Shown here: one piece after another, positions 8,517-17,457 of the stretch | How positions within the stretch are numbered: position 1 is the stretch's first letter | Layout of the letters: every line of letters starts with the position of its first letter | Assembly: GCA_048881705.1 (NCBI GenBank) | Contig: JBHLSH010000051.1 | Coordinates: forward strand, 1 to 29,362 | Direction: 5' to 3' | Source of the DNA: Candidatus Heimdallarchaeota archaeon | GTDB taxonomy: Archaea > Asgardarchaeota > Heimdallarchaeia > Hodarchaeales > Hodarchaeaceae | Length of the DNA: 29,362 bases | Program-made: the position numbers and the translations under genes | The notes under the pieces: model-generated | What the model was told of the DNA's origin: nothing | The model's input: only the letters and a program-made list of their open reading frames with translations | Databases searched by the model: none

Positions 8517-9635
8517 TTACCTGTCTTTGTGCTGGTTATCCTTTTTCTTCCACCTATTGTGTATAACAATTGCAGCAATTGAAAGGATCAGCGATAATTC
8601 GAATGGAGTTGTATCAGTAGTCGTATCAGTCGGAGTTGTCTCTGTTTCAAAAGTAATATCGCTTACGAATGAGAAATCCATCGCTATACTTCGGAATCCC
8701 AAATAAGTCTCTACAACAAAATCACGGAAATTTCCCGTCAAGTTCTGCAAATCCGATAGAATACTTGATAGTCCAATAGTATCAGTCAGTTCTATCAACT
8801 CCACAGAGCGGTTATAGATTTGGGCTCCAATAGCAGATGACGTGTTGATTCCTTGTTCGAAAGTACTTTGACTTCCGCCTCCTATGTACTGTGCGAAGTC
8901 GCTGAATATTTGTGTCCCGTTGTCCTTCAACTCCAGGGGTGCTTCAAGACTGTTATAGGCATTTTTGATATGGTCCCTCATCCCATAGGAGTATGTGAAA
9001 AATCCATATTCATCTGAAGGATTAACTGCGCTCCCATTCCCGTCGTAGTCAACCTTGGTTCCCAACAAGGTATTAGCTATTGCTTCGCCTAACGAATTCG
9101 CCTCTCCAACCGTAGTAATGGGCTCCTTAACCATATTTGAAAGAAGCTGGATGTCCTGGATCGCTCCTAAGGCGAATCCTTGTCCATTAGGGGTGGGAGT
9201 GCCCAGTTCCCATCGGTAATAGATATGCCCAAGGTGTGTACGTACACCACTAGGTTGATTGTGAGTAAACAAGAGCTCCTTGGATGAGCTGCCATTATGA
9301 TAAATTTCTATTCCGTTGAAATTGGATTCTCTGGCAACTCCGATTATATTTATATCAGATTCAATCGTCTCATTTTGATCAAAATCAAACGAATGGGTTT
9401 CGGATCCGACGAACGCCAGCTCAAATGCAGGATGAAATGAAGAAGAAACGTTGTTTATGATTGTGACACGGTATGTACTAGAATCAGTAATACCATCTCC
9501 GATCTCGAAACTAAATTGGATATGAGCTGTTTCTTTCGGGGATGCAACGGCAGACCGTGATCCTTGTGCAAGTACTAACACTGCAAGGAAAAAAGCAAGT
9601 GTGAACAGGTTATATTTCATTTTATAGATTTTCAC
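8517..9635 (-). CDS. secreted/cell-surface glycoprotein with Thr-rich linker and PGF-CTERM-like C-terminal anchor
   Basis: N-terminal signal peptide (MKYNLFTLAFFLAVLVLAQG), 8 N-x-S/T sequons and a DYDGNG Ca-binding-like motif. The C-terminus is TTPTDTTTDTT-PFE-hydrophobic stretch-RWKKK. Start is GTG 9635 or ATG 9620. Confidence 0.7.
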   Translation of the reverse strand: MKIYKMKYNLFTLAFFLAVLVLAQGSRSAVASPKETAHIQFSFEIGDGITDSSTYRVTIINNVSSSFHPAFELAFVGSETHSFDFDQNETIESDINIIGVARESNFNGIEIYHNGSSSKELLFTHNQPSGVRTHLGHIYYRWELGTPTPNGQGFALGAIQDIQLLSNMVKEPITTVGEANSLGEAIANTLLGTKVDYDGNGSAVNPSDEYGFFTYSYGMRDHIKNAYNSLEAPLELKDNGTQIFSDFAQYIGGGSQSTFEQGINTSSAIGAQIYNRSVELIELTDTIGLSSILSDLQNLTGNFRDFVVETYLGFRSIAMDFSFVSDITFETETTPTDTTTDTTPFELSLILSIAAIVIHNRWKKKDNQHKDR

Positions 9636-9677
9636 AGTACCTACTCTCTGTTTAATTTTCGGATAGCAAAATAGTCC

Positions 9678-11138
9678 TTACACTTCTGGAATTTGATCAT
9701 CGGGAAGGGAAAACACCTTTGCTAGACTTATATTCACCTGAGAAGTGAAACTTTCATCAAAATAGCTGTCTCGGAAAGATTTTTCACTGGTTTGAATCAC
9801 ATATTTTGCTAATTCATCGATTGATTTTCGTAATTTTTGGTCATCCCTTGTTGCCCATAGAAGGATTTGTAATTCTCCTCCAATCGTCTTAAAAGGCTTT
9901 TTACTTATTAAAATCTTGTGTTTGCCTGCATCGAGGGATTTAAGCTCAGGAGACTTCGTTATCTCTGATAATAAGGATTGAATGCCAACAAAAGCTCCTC
10001 CCGCGAGTAAAGTATCAACTTTGAACTCTTCCCCAGTAAAAGAGAAAGAATAGGGAGAGATTCCAGCAGTAGAAACTATTAAAAGATAAATAGGTTTGCC
10101 CTTGAAGAACAAACCTCTTACAAATAAGGTTACACCGATAGTGATAGGGATAACGATCAAGCCGAATATAATGAGGACCTCGATTGGGAATGGAGGAGCG
10201 GGGTTAATATTCGATAAATCTACACCGTTATTTTCGAAAATTTTAATTGATCCATCTTCAGCGCCGACAACCAAATCAAGGAACTTTTCATCCTGACCGT
10301 CCAGATCGATTAGGAACGGTGTTAGTCGTTTACTTTGAAACTGAATAGATCTGAAGGGATTATTGGCATTTGAAATAACGACTTGATCCCAAAGCGGGAA
10401 TTCTTCTCCCTCGCTTATTCCTCTATTACGTAAGTAGGCAAGTCCATCCTCTGCTGTTCCGACCACGAAATCGGGAAGATCCTCAGTTCCTCTCGGATAA
10501 ATTGCAATCGGGCTTGCAAAATCCCCTACAACGATCCCCTTGAAAACATCTGGATTTTCAATCCAATTAGGGACATTTGGCGTTCCCTGATTAATAAAGG
10601 CATTCAATCGGCCGTTTTCGTCTCCGACAACTAGATCAATTAGGCCGTCTCCGTCAATATCTGCCGCCGCGGGCTTTGCATATCCCGATACGTTGAGTTG
10701 AGAGGTATAAGTTTCATTTAAAGTTAGGATAAGCCCAGTTCTCGCCATTAGATGGAGAGAACCCGAAGCGTCTCCAATAATGACGTCCATTTGATCGTCG
10801 TCATTGAAATCAAGGAGAGCAGGAGCAGAATGAATCCATTGCTCAACAAAAACTCCTGTTTCCTCCGTCTCGAACTTGAAAGTTGTTAAATTTCCCCCTC
10901 CGTTTTTTTGGTACAAAAGGGGCCCCGACTCTCTTCCGCTTATCAAATCGTAATTGGTATTGCTTTGAAAGTTTAATAACAGGGGGTGACTAAACCCATT
11001 CACATTGTTGTACCCTTCTAGAGGTAAGGCAATCCATAATCCCTCTGTTTGACTGGTAGACCCTGTAGCTGGGATTGCCGTTAACATAAAGAAGGTAAAA
11101 CAGGCTGTTAGAACAATCCGCTGTTTATCTCGAGGCAT
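9678..11138 (-). CDS. single-pass membrane protein: signal peptide, about 5 FG-GAP/VCBS repeats, TM helix, cytoplasmic longin-like domain
   Basis: Repeats of the form P.l.D.dgDg..Dl.vG...G (e.g. KPAAADIDGDGLIDLVVGDENG) span aa ~50-305. A TM helix spans aa ~319-345. The C-terminal ~130 aa (YLLIVSTAGISPYS...LLAGGAFVGIQSLLSEI...LKSLDAGKHKILI...ILLWA...LRKSIDELAK) fits the beta-beta-alpha-beta-beta-beta-alpha-alpha longin pattern. Confidence 0.75.
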   Translation of the reverse strand: MPRDKQRIVLTACFTFFMLTAIPATGSTSQTEGLWIALPLEGYNNVNGFSHPLLLNFQSNTNYDLISGRESGPLLYQKNGGGNLTTFKFETEETGVFVEQWIHSAPALLDFNDDDQMDVIIGDASGSLHLMARTGLILTLNETYTSQLNVSGYAKPAAADIDGDGLIDLVVGDENGRLNAFINQGTPNVPNWIENPDVFKGIVVGDFASPIAIYPRGTEDLPDFVVGTAEDGLAYLRNRGISEGEEFPLWDQVVISNANNPFRSIQFQSKRLTPFLIDLDGQDEKFLDLVVGAEDGSIKIFENNGVDLSNINPAPPFPIEVLIIFGLIVIPITIGVTLFVRGLFFKGKPIYLLIVSTAGISPYSFSFTGEEFKVDTLLAGGAFVGIQSLLSEITKSPELKSLDAGKHKILISKKPFKTIGGELQILLWATRDDQKLRKSIDELAKYVIQTSEKSFRDSYFDESFTSQVNISLAKVFSLPDDQIPEV

Positions 11139-11455
11139 AAAAATTTCAAATTTGGAAGTTGGTCAAAAATTAAAAATACATTTTATAATAGAGTCGTAGT
11201 TTTTTTTGGATTTCAGGGTTGATGGCTGAAAACAGCCTTAAGCCCAGCCCGCCAACTTGGTGCATTAACATATCCCGTATATCATTAATTGTTTTGATTA
11301 AAAGCGGTACCGCTGATTTGATATCTGGAACGAAATCTCCAGTTCTATTCCTTCATTGAAATTCATCATATATGATTGGCAACAGAATCCAAGTTCAAAG
11401 GTACACATTAAAGGGCATAAATTTTAAGCATCATCAAGCTTTTGGAGGTTGGTAA

Positions 11456-11944
11456 ATGGAAAAAAAAGCTATTCAAGATTACTATCCAGATGATTTTGCC
11501 AAATGTTATGGTTGTGGGTATTTAAACGAAAAAGGTCTAAAAATTAAAAGCTATTGGGACAACAAGACTGAAAGTTCAGTCTGTTCGTTTGACCCGGCTC
11601 CTTATCATACCGCGATCCCAGGATTCGTATATGGAGGACTCATTGCGTCGTTGATAGATTGTCATGGTACGGGTACTGCGGCCGCCGCTGGATATAAACA
11701 TGAGCAGCGGAAATTAGGAACCGATCCACCAATCAGGTATGTAACAGCTTCACTGCAGGTAGATTACTTAAAACCGACGCCCATCGATACAAGACTAGAG
11801 TTACGGGCAGAGGTGAAGGAAGTGAAAGGTCGAAGAATTACAGTAGATGTGGTCCTCTCCGCAAATGGTGAGATCTGCGCAAAAGGGACAGTTATTTGTG
11901 TGAGGATAACAGAATCAATGTTGCCAAAATCCAGTGGAGTTTGA
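11456..11944 (+). CDS. PaaI-family (hotdog fold) acyl-CoA thioesterase
   Basis: CYGCG..NEKGL, HTAIPGFVYGGLIASLIDCH and YVTASLQVDYLKPTP. GGAGGT RBS at 11444-11449. Confidence 0.88.
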   Translation: MEKKAIQDYYPDDFAKCYGCGYLNEKGLKIKSYWDNKTESSVCSFDPAPYHTAIPGFVYGGLIASLIDCHGTGTAAAAGYKHEQRKLGTDPPIRYVTASLQVDYLKPTPIDTRLELRAEVKEVKGRRITVDVVLSANGEICAKGTVICVRITESMLPKSSGV

Positions 11945-11952
11945 TACAGAAT

Positions 11953-12639
11953 TTACCGCTTAAAATCACGGTATTTATGATCTAATAGATCTCTAATTCT
12001 TTCCTCCAATTGGGCTATTGTCATATCCTCATTGCGTAAGGTTAAATCAAAGTTATACCTGTCTCGGAATGAAATTCCGTAAATTCTCTCCAATCTATCA
12101 CCATCAGTACTGTCACGGAGGCGGATTCGACTTATCAATTCCTTTTCCTGCATTCCATATTCCGCCCGATTTGGATCCCTCGCAATCCTGGCCGCAATTA
12201 CGGGAGCGGTCACTTCCAACCAAATCGTCGTACCGTGGGTTCCAATTGCAAATGGGGCCATTCGACCTACGAAAATTCCGCCCTCTAGAAGAGCCATACG
12301 TAAAGCATGACGTTCGATCTTTAGATCGACCTCCTCTGCAAATTTCTCGTCCTGAGAATTCTTTATATGACTCATAAATTCATCCAGATTCTCTTCTTTC
12401 CAACCGGACTCTACTGCAATCTTTCGGATGAAAGTTCCCGCCCCTGTTATGGTCAGATTCATCTGATGTCTAAATTTGAAATAACGTTTGATAAAGATGG
12501 CAACAGTGTCTTTACCTGTTCCTGAAAATCCTCCTATTGCTATGATTGGAGTCTTACGTTTTTGGACAGTTTTCTGGTATTCCGTGAGAAGACGCGCCTC
12601 ATAATCTCGTAAACGCGGAATCATTGTTCCCATAAGCAT
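11953..12639 (-). CDS. cmk: archaeal-type cytidylate kinase-like protein
   Basis: P-loop GGFSGTGKDT, followed by AGTFIRKIA, VDLKIE, IFVGR and R..R..RIYGI...FDL, which follow the archaeal (d)CMP kinase pattern. It has an extra N-terminal ~28 aa. Confidence 0.72.
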   Translation of the reverse strand: MLMGTMIPRLRDYEARLLTEYQKTVQKRKTPIIAIGGFSGTGKDTVAIFIKRYFKFRHQMNLTITGAGTFIRKIAVESGWKEENLDEFMSHIKNSQDEKFAEEVDLKIERHALRMALLEGGIFVGRMAPFAIGTHGTTIWLEVTAPVIAARIARDPNRAEYGMQEKELISRIRLRDSTDGDRLERIYGISFRDRYNFDLTLRNEDMTIAQLEERIRDLLDHKYRDFKR

Positions 12640-12914
12640 ATGGCCTCTTTTCGGGGTTCAACTCGGTTGGAAAATGGCAATGAGAAAGCTCCAAAAGCTA
12701 AGGTGTCTTAATACCCAGAGCATCCATTGGAGAGCGACCGAATCTCACGTCCATGGCGAAAGTTTGTGAATATAGTCTTATACGAGCAAGAATAACAAGG
12801 ATTTATGAGAATTGGTGGTGGGGTCTAGTCAAATAGAATCCAACGAAACGATTCATAACATGAGAATCCCTGCTCATTATTAGCATAACAATCTCACAGG
12901 GAGCATTATACGAT

Positions 12915-14387
12915 CTAGGAGGTGTTTTGGCAGTAATTGTAGTAATCAACAAGCCTGCGGAAAGCTCGAACCATTCTCTCGGGGGTAGCAAAAACGGGAT
13001 AATCATTAGACTCAAGGTATCTGACTGCTGGAGAGTTTATTCCTGAAAGAAGGGTTGTAATCAGGACAGGACGCTTATATTTCTCCGAAAGCTCCAAAAT
13101 AGATTTGAACATAGAAGTTTCTAGCTCTCCAATCATCCCTAAACTTGGCTTGTGTTCATCAGGAACTAACGGAGATTCCATTGCAAGAGACGACAGATAC
13201 GAAAATGAGCCAACCCCCAGGAGTAACACAGCTTCGACATCAGGCATTTCTTCGAAAATCCCCTTTATTATATCGACTACATTCGATATATCAAGGCTGG
13301 CAACAGTATCGATCGGATTTCCATGGCTCCAAAAGGGAGGGAGAATATCGTTGATTCGCGTAATGATTCTTTCATTTAATTGTTCTAAGATAATGCCATG
13401 TCGTGAGCATGCATCAGATGCCATAACTCCCCACCCACCTCCCCTGGTTAGTATTACCACCCTTCCCTTGGAAAATTTCCATTGTGGGCCTATCCATTTC
13501 GAAAATGTTAACACTAAGTCGAACATTTCTTCAAGAGAATTAACAATTATAGCTCCCGCACTTTCTAAGATGTTTTTAAAAACCCGATCATCGCCAGAAA
13601 TTGCACCTGTATGTGATAAGGCCGCTCGTTTTCCCGCTGCGGTTCCTCCCGCCTTTAATAGGATTACCGGCTTTTTTTTAGAAACCTTTCTTACCAGCTC
13701 AACAAATCGTCTGGAATCTCTAATTCCTTCTATATAAAAACCCAGTATTTTGGTCTTATCATCGTACAGCCCAAAATACTCCAAAAAGTCTGACATGGCC
13801 AAATCAGCCATATTTCCAGCTGAAACGTAGGTATTCAGCCCTATACCCCTTCGTGACGCCACCGAGATACCAATGGTTCCAATGTTGCCCGACTGACTTA
13901 TAAAGGACATCACTCCTTTCCGTAAGCCGTACACTGGCCACATAACCGCATTTAAGTTTACACGAGTAGAAACTATTCCCATACCATTTGGCCCAATCAA
14001 ACGGATCTTGTGTTTGCGTGCATAGGAACCTATTTGCTTTTCTAGAAGTCGGCCTGCTTCACCTGTCTCCCGAAATCCACCCGTAATAATCACAACATGC
14101 TTGACCTTGCGTGCATGACATTGCTCAAGTATAGAGAGAACGAATCTTGCTGGAATGATGATGATGACCAGATCTAATCTTACATCTGGCGGGATCTCAA
14201 GGATCGTCGGATAAACCGTGTATCCGAGAACCTCCTTGGCGACAGGATGAACAGGAAAAAATTGCCCTGTATATTTGTTCTGGATGATGTTCAAAGCTAT
14301 AAGGAATCCCCAAGATGAGAGCTTCCGAGATGCCCCAACCAATGCTATAGCTTTTGGATTAAAGAACGGGTCTAAATCTAAATCCAT
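12915..14387 (-). CDS. acdA: acetate/acyl-CoA ligase (ADP-forming) subunit alpha
   Basis: CoA-binding N-terminus (PKAIALVGAS, ITGGFRETG, IGPNGMG, SQSGN), phospho-His motif AALSHTGAI and NPIDT. No ATP-grasp beta domain is present. Confidence 0.88.
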   Translation of the reverse strand: MDLDLDPFFNPKAIALVGASRKLSSWGFLIALNIIQNKYTGQFFPVHPVAKEVLGYTVYPTILEIPPDVRLDLVIIIIPARFVLSILEQCHARKVKHVVIITGGFRETGEAGRLLEKQIGSYARKHKIRLIGPNGMGIVSTRVNLNAVMWPVYGLRKGVMSFISQSGNIGTIGISVASRRGIGLNTYVSAGNMADLAMSDFLEYFGLYDDKTKILGFYIEGIRDSRRFVELVRKVSKKKPVILLKAGGTAAGKRAALSHTGAISGDDRVFKNILESAGAIIVNSLEEMFDLVLTFSKWIGPQWKFSKGRVVILTRGGGWGVMASDACSRHGIILEQLNERIITRINDILPPFWSHGNPIDTVASLDISNVVDIIKGIFEEMPDVEAVLLLGVGSFSYLSSLAMESPLVPDEHKPSLGMIGELETSMFKSILELSEKYKRPVLITTLLSGINSPAVRYLESNDYPVFATPERMVRAFRRLVDYYNYCQNTS

Positions 14388-14601
14388 TTTTCAAACAGTC
14401 TCCAGAGACGTCTTTTGACGACCCAGATCCCTAATAAGCTTCCAATCAAGGTATTTAATAAGATAAGTTCTGTAAAAGCTTCTTATTTTGTATCTTTATT
14501 GTATTCACAGATATGCAGGTGATCAGGCTTCTAGGATGAAAATATCGGACAATCTATTTATCTAGGGGTATTGAAACTCTCTTTATTCGTTGCACGCGGA
14601 A

Positions 14602-14618
14602 GAAAGATTATGTTTAAA
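14602..14618 (+). promoter_or_regulatory. possible BRE/TATA promoter (GAAAG...TTTAAA) for a leaderless transcript
   Basis: TTTAAA at 14613-14618 with purine-rich sequence upstream, about 24 nt before the ATG at 14642, and no RBS. This is the typical geometry of a leaderless archaeal gene. Confidence 0.3.
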
Positions 14619-14641
14619 GGCCACGGTTTCTCATCTACTTC

Positions 14642-15106
14642 ATGCGAGTTCTTAATCAGAAAAATCTAGAGGCGGAATGGAATAACTTGATCTATGCTCC
14701 GAAGCAGCTAGGAGCAATGTCCCTCGATTTAACTGTTCAAATGATACTAGAAATCGGATCAACACAAGCAGCTATAGATTTCGGGGGTAGTGAATATCAA
14801 GACGCGAAAAAGATCCCAGTCTCGCCCAAGTTAGGGAATGATCCCAAGTACGGCTGGTGGGAGTTGGGTGAAGGAAGCTATTTCGTGCATTACAATGAAA
14901 AACCTCCTGAAAACGGCATCACATTGGTTTTTCCCCACGAACGTTTAATACGGACTGGATGTTACCACCCTCCAGTTCTATTCATTCCTCCCGCCTCCTC
15001 ATCCCAAAGGCCTTTTTTGGAGAGTCTTCTTCACGTAAGTTCAGAGGGTATTCGTATCAAGGAAAATGCCCGTATTTCAAGAGCGATCACCTTGCTAATT
15101 GACTAG
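14642..15106 (+). CDS. dCTP deaminase/dUTPase-fold protein
   Basis: DLTV, IDFGGSEY, YGWWELGEGSYFVHYNE and IKENARISR resemble the haloarchaeal-type dCTP deaminase-like family. Confidence 0.7.
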   Translation: MRVLNQKNLEAEWNNLIYAPKQLGAMSLDLTVQMILEIGSTQAAIDFGGSEYQDAKKIPVSPKLGNDPKYGWWELGEGSYFVHYNEKPPENGITLVFPHERLIRTGCYHPPVLFIPPASSSQRPFLESLLHVSSEGIRIKENARISRAITLLID

Positions 15107-15189
15107 ATAAAGAACAATTCTCGAGTTCTTTGGATAAGACGGATGGAATGGCGGAAGTAACCTGTATGAAGTGTTATCGAGGGTTGGAT

Positions 15190-15834
15190 CTAGTCATTGT
15201 CTTCGCTAGGTTCGTCGAGTTCTGGGATATCAGCAGTCATTATACGGGTGAAAAGATCCAGTTCCGAAATGAGGTCACTTGCTAGGGTAATCTGTGTATC
15301 GTGGATGTTGAGAAAGATTTTCTGGCCAAAAAATAGACTCCCACTTACTGTGATAAGTTCTTCTTCTGAAGGACGCTCGGCTGAGGTTATATCGGGTAAA
15401 AGGTCTGTCCAAACAAGTGATGTTGGATTTTCCTCTTCAAACAAGGACTCATCAATAATCTCGAAACCGATCAGTTCAGAACTGGTCAATTTCCATAAAG
15501 GGATCGCATACTTTTTTTGATCTATCAATCCAACTAACGCCATATCTTTCCTTTCACATCTTCGAATAAAACTGAGTGAGCAATTGGAGATCATAGATGC
15601 AATGAACTGCCAGAAAAACACCTTCACATTACCTTGATAGACATTGAGGGGAAGAGCCAAGATGTCCGCGACCCGAGAAGCATCAAAGTCTCGAACATCC
15701 AGCTCCAACTGCCAGGTGCGATGCCTTAGATTCAAATAATCATAAAGGGGAGGAAAGCATTCCAATAGGGAACTTTCACCAAATGCTGCTTCTTCTTCTG
15801 TCAAAGATGTCTTTGATCCATGTTTTTTCTTCAT
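15190..15834 (-). CDS. hypothetical protein
   Basis: Long open frame with protein-like composition and an acidic C-terminus. The start is uncertain (ATG 15834 chosen; the frame is open to 15966). No motif recognised. Confidence 0.6.
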   Translation of the reverse strand: MKKKHGSKTSLTEEEAAFGESSLLECFPPLYDYLNLRHRTWQLELDVRDFDASRVADILALPLNVYQGNVKVFFWQFIASMISNCSLSFIRRCERKDMALVGLIDQKKYAIPLWKLTSSELIGFEIIDESLFEEENPTSLVWTDLLPDITSAERPSEEELITVSGSLFFGQKIFLNIHDTQITLASDLISELDLFTRIMTADIPELDEPSEDND

Positions 15835-16032
15835 GTTCTTCACTTTCGTTTTCCTCTCACTGACTGACCTCCGCCGCCTCTTTATAAGCACCCCAAAATA
15901 CACGATCGTGCATACTCTGGAGGAAGTTGAATTTGGATCAGACCTGGGGGGAATCTTCTGACGCAAAAATGGCGTTTAATTCGCTTAAATGACCGTGATG
16001 CATATTAGAAGATGTGGAAGCGGGATTAGAAC

Positions 16033-17157
16033 TCAATGACCTTTTTTGATGACATGCTTTAATGTTTCAGTTAATCTTTCAACATTTTGCAGCGTAGCCG
16101 TATGCCCCATCAATCCAATCCTCCAAATTTTCCCCGCTAGAGGGCCCAATCCTCCTCCAATTTCGATTTTGTAATGTTCTCGAAGAATACGACGAATCTT
16201 GACGTCATCAACGCCTTCCGGGATCCGTACCGTATTCAGCATTGGTAACCGGTGAGGTTTGTCTACCATCAATTGTAGATCCATTTCTTCCAACCTCTTT
16301 ACCAATTCGTTATGGCTATCGATGTGTCTTTTGAACACATTCTGGATGCCCTCATTAAATACGAGCTGTAATGCTTGATATAAGCCATAAATCATGTTTG
16401 AGGGAGCAGTATGATGGTATATCCGTTTTTCCTCGCCGCTCCAATAACGATTTGCCAGACTTGCATCAAAATAGAAGCTCGGGACTTTTTCTTTCCGTTC
16501 AAGCACACTAGAAAATGCTTTTTCAGAAAATGTAACGGGTGCTAAGCCTGGTGGACACGACAGACATTTCTGCGACCCACTGTACACTGCATCCAATCCG
16601 CATTTATCCACATTAACTTGCATACCACCTAAGGTTGTGACGCAGTCCACCAAGAATAGGGAATCTGTTTCTTTAACGAGTTTTACAATATTCTCAATGG
16701 GGTTTTTGACACCTGTAGACGTTTCCCCATGAACCGCAGCTATTATCTTGTAGTCCCGCTTTGAAAGTTCATCTTCAATCTTATCTTCTAGAATGGGAGT
16801 CCCCCATTTAAACTCAATGTGGCTCACATTTGCTCCCAGCCTTGAAGCCACCTCAATCATGCGTTTACCAAAAACTCCGTTTACCAAAATCAATACTCGA
16901 TCTTTTGGTTCAATTAAATTAACTAGGCAAGTTTCCATCCCCGAAGAGCCTGTACCTGATACTGGGTACGTTGCTTCATTATCAGTCATAAACAATTTTC
17001 TCAAAAGATATTGAATTTCATCCATGATTAGAATAAAGTAAGGATCCAGATATCCCAAGGTTTTACAAGTCATTGCCTTGTAAACTTCAGGAGGAACATG
17101 CGAAGGTCCCGGGCCCATCAATAAAATTTCCTCAATACCGTCTAAAAGATTTTTCAA
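16033..17157 (-). CDS. alanine/serine-glyoxylate aminotransferase family (class V PLP)
   Basis: LMGPGPS, SGTGSSGME, NGVFGKRM, HGETSTGV, DCVT, PLP-Lys motif SGSQKCL, YHHTAP and IWRIGLMG. TTG start after GAGGT. Confidence 0.92.
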   Translation of the reverse strand: MKNLLDGIEEILLMGPGPSHVPPEVYKAMTCKTLGYLDPYFILIMDEIQYLLRKLFMTDNEATYPVSGTGSSGMETCLVNLIEPKDRVLILVNGVFGKRMIEVASRLGANVSHIEFKWGTPILEDKIEDELSKRDYKIIAAVHGETSTGVKNPIENIVKLVKETDSLFLVDCVTTLGGMQVNVDKCGLDAVYSGSQKCLSCPPGLAPVTFSEKAFSSVLERKEKVPSFYFDASLANRYWSGEEKRIYHHTAPSNMIYGLYQALQLVFNEGIQNVFKRHIDSHNELVKRLEEMDLQLMVDKPHRLPMLNTVRIPEGVDDVKIRRILREHYKIEIGGGLGPLAGKIWRIGLMGHTATLQNVERLTETLKHVIKKGH

Positions 17158-17457
17158 TATTTTTTACCTCTCTGTTGACACCAATTTGGCTGCAAATCCT
17201 ATTGTTCTTATTATGCTCTACTGTTCAAAAACTCGGGTAAAACGAAACTGCCGTAAAAAAATGTCCAAGAGGGGCAATTCGTCTCATTAACACTTTCGCA
17301 TGTGTTCGCTGTCTCTTGCTATGGTCGTTTTGGGGCACTTGTTTCAGTCATGCTAGATCAGGGCTTTTTCGAGATTCCTGGGAAATTGAAATATGATTTT
17401 AATAACAGCTAAAGTTATTTGAAATACTAAACCCGAGAAACTCGAAGAGGCTTTAAA

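Noticed and set aside
11303-11376. Two perfect 12-bp palindromes (AGCGGTACCGCT 11303-11314; ATCATATATGAT 11365-11376) in a divergent intergenic region
   Set aside because: They are unrelated to each other, and several 12-bp palindromes are expected by chance in 29 kb.
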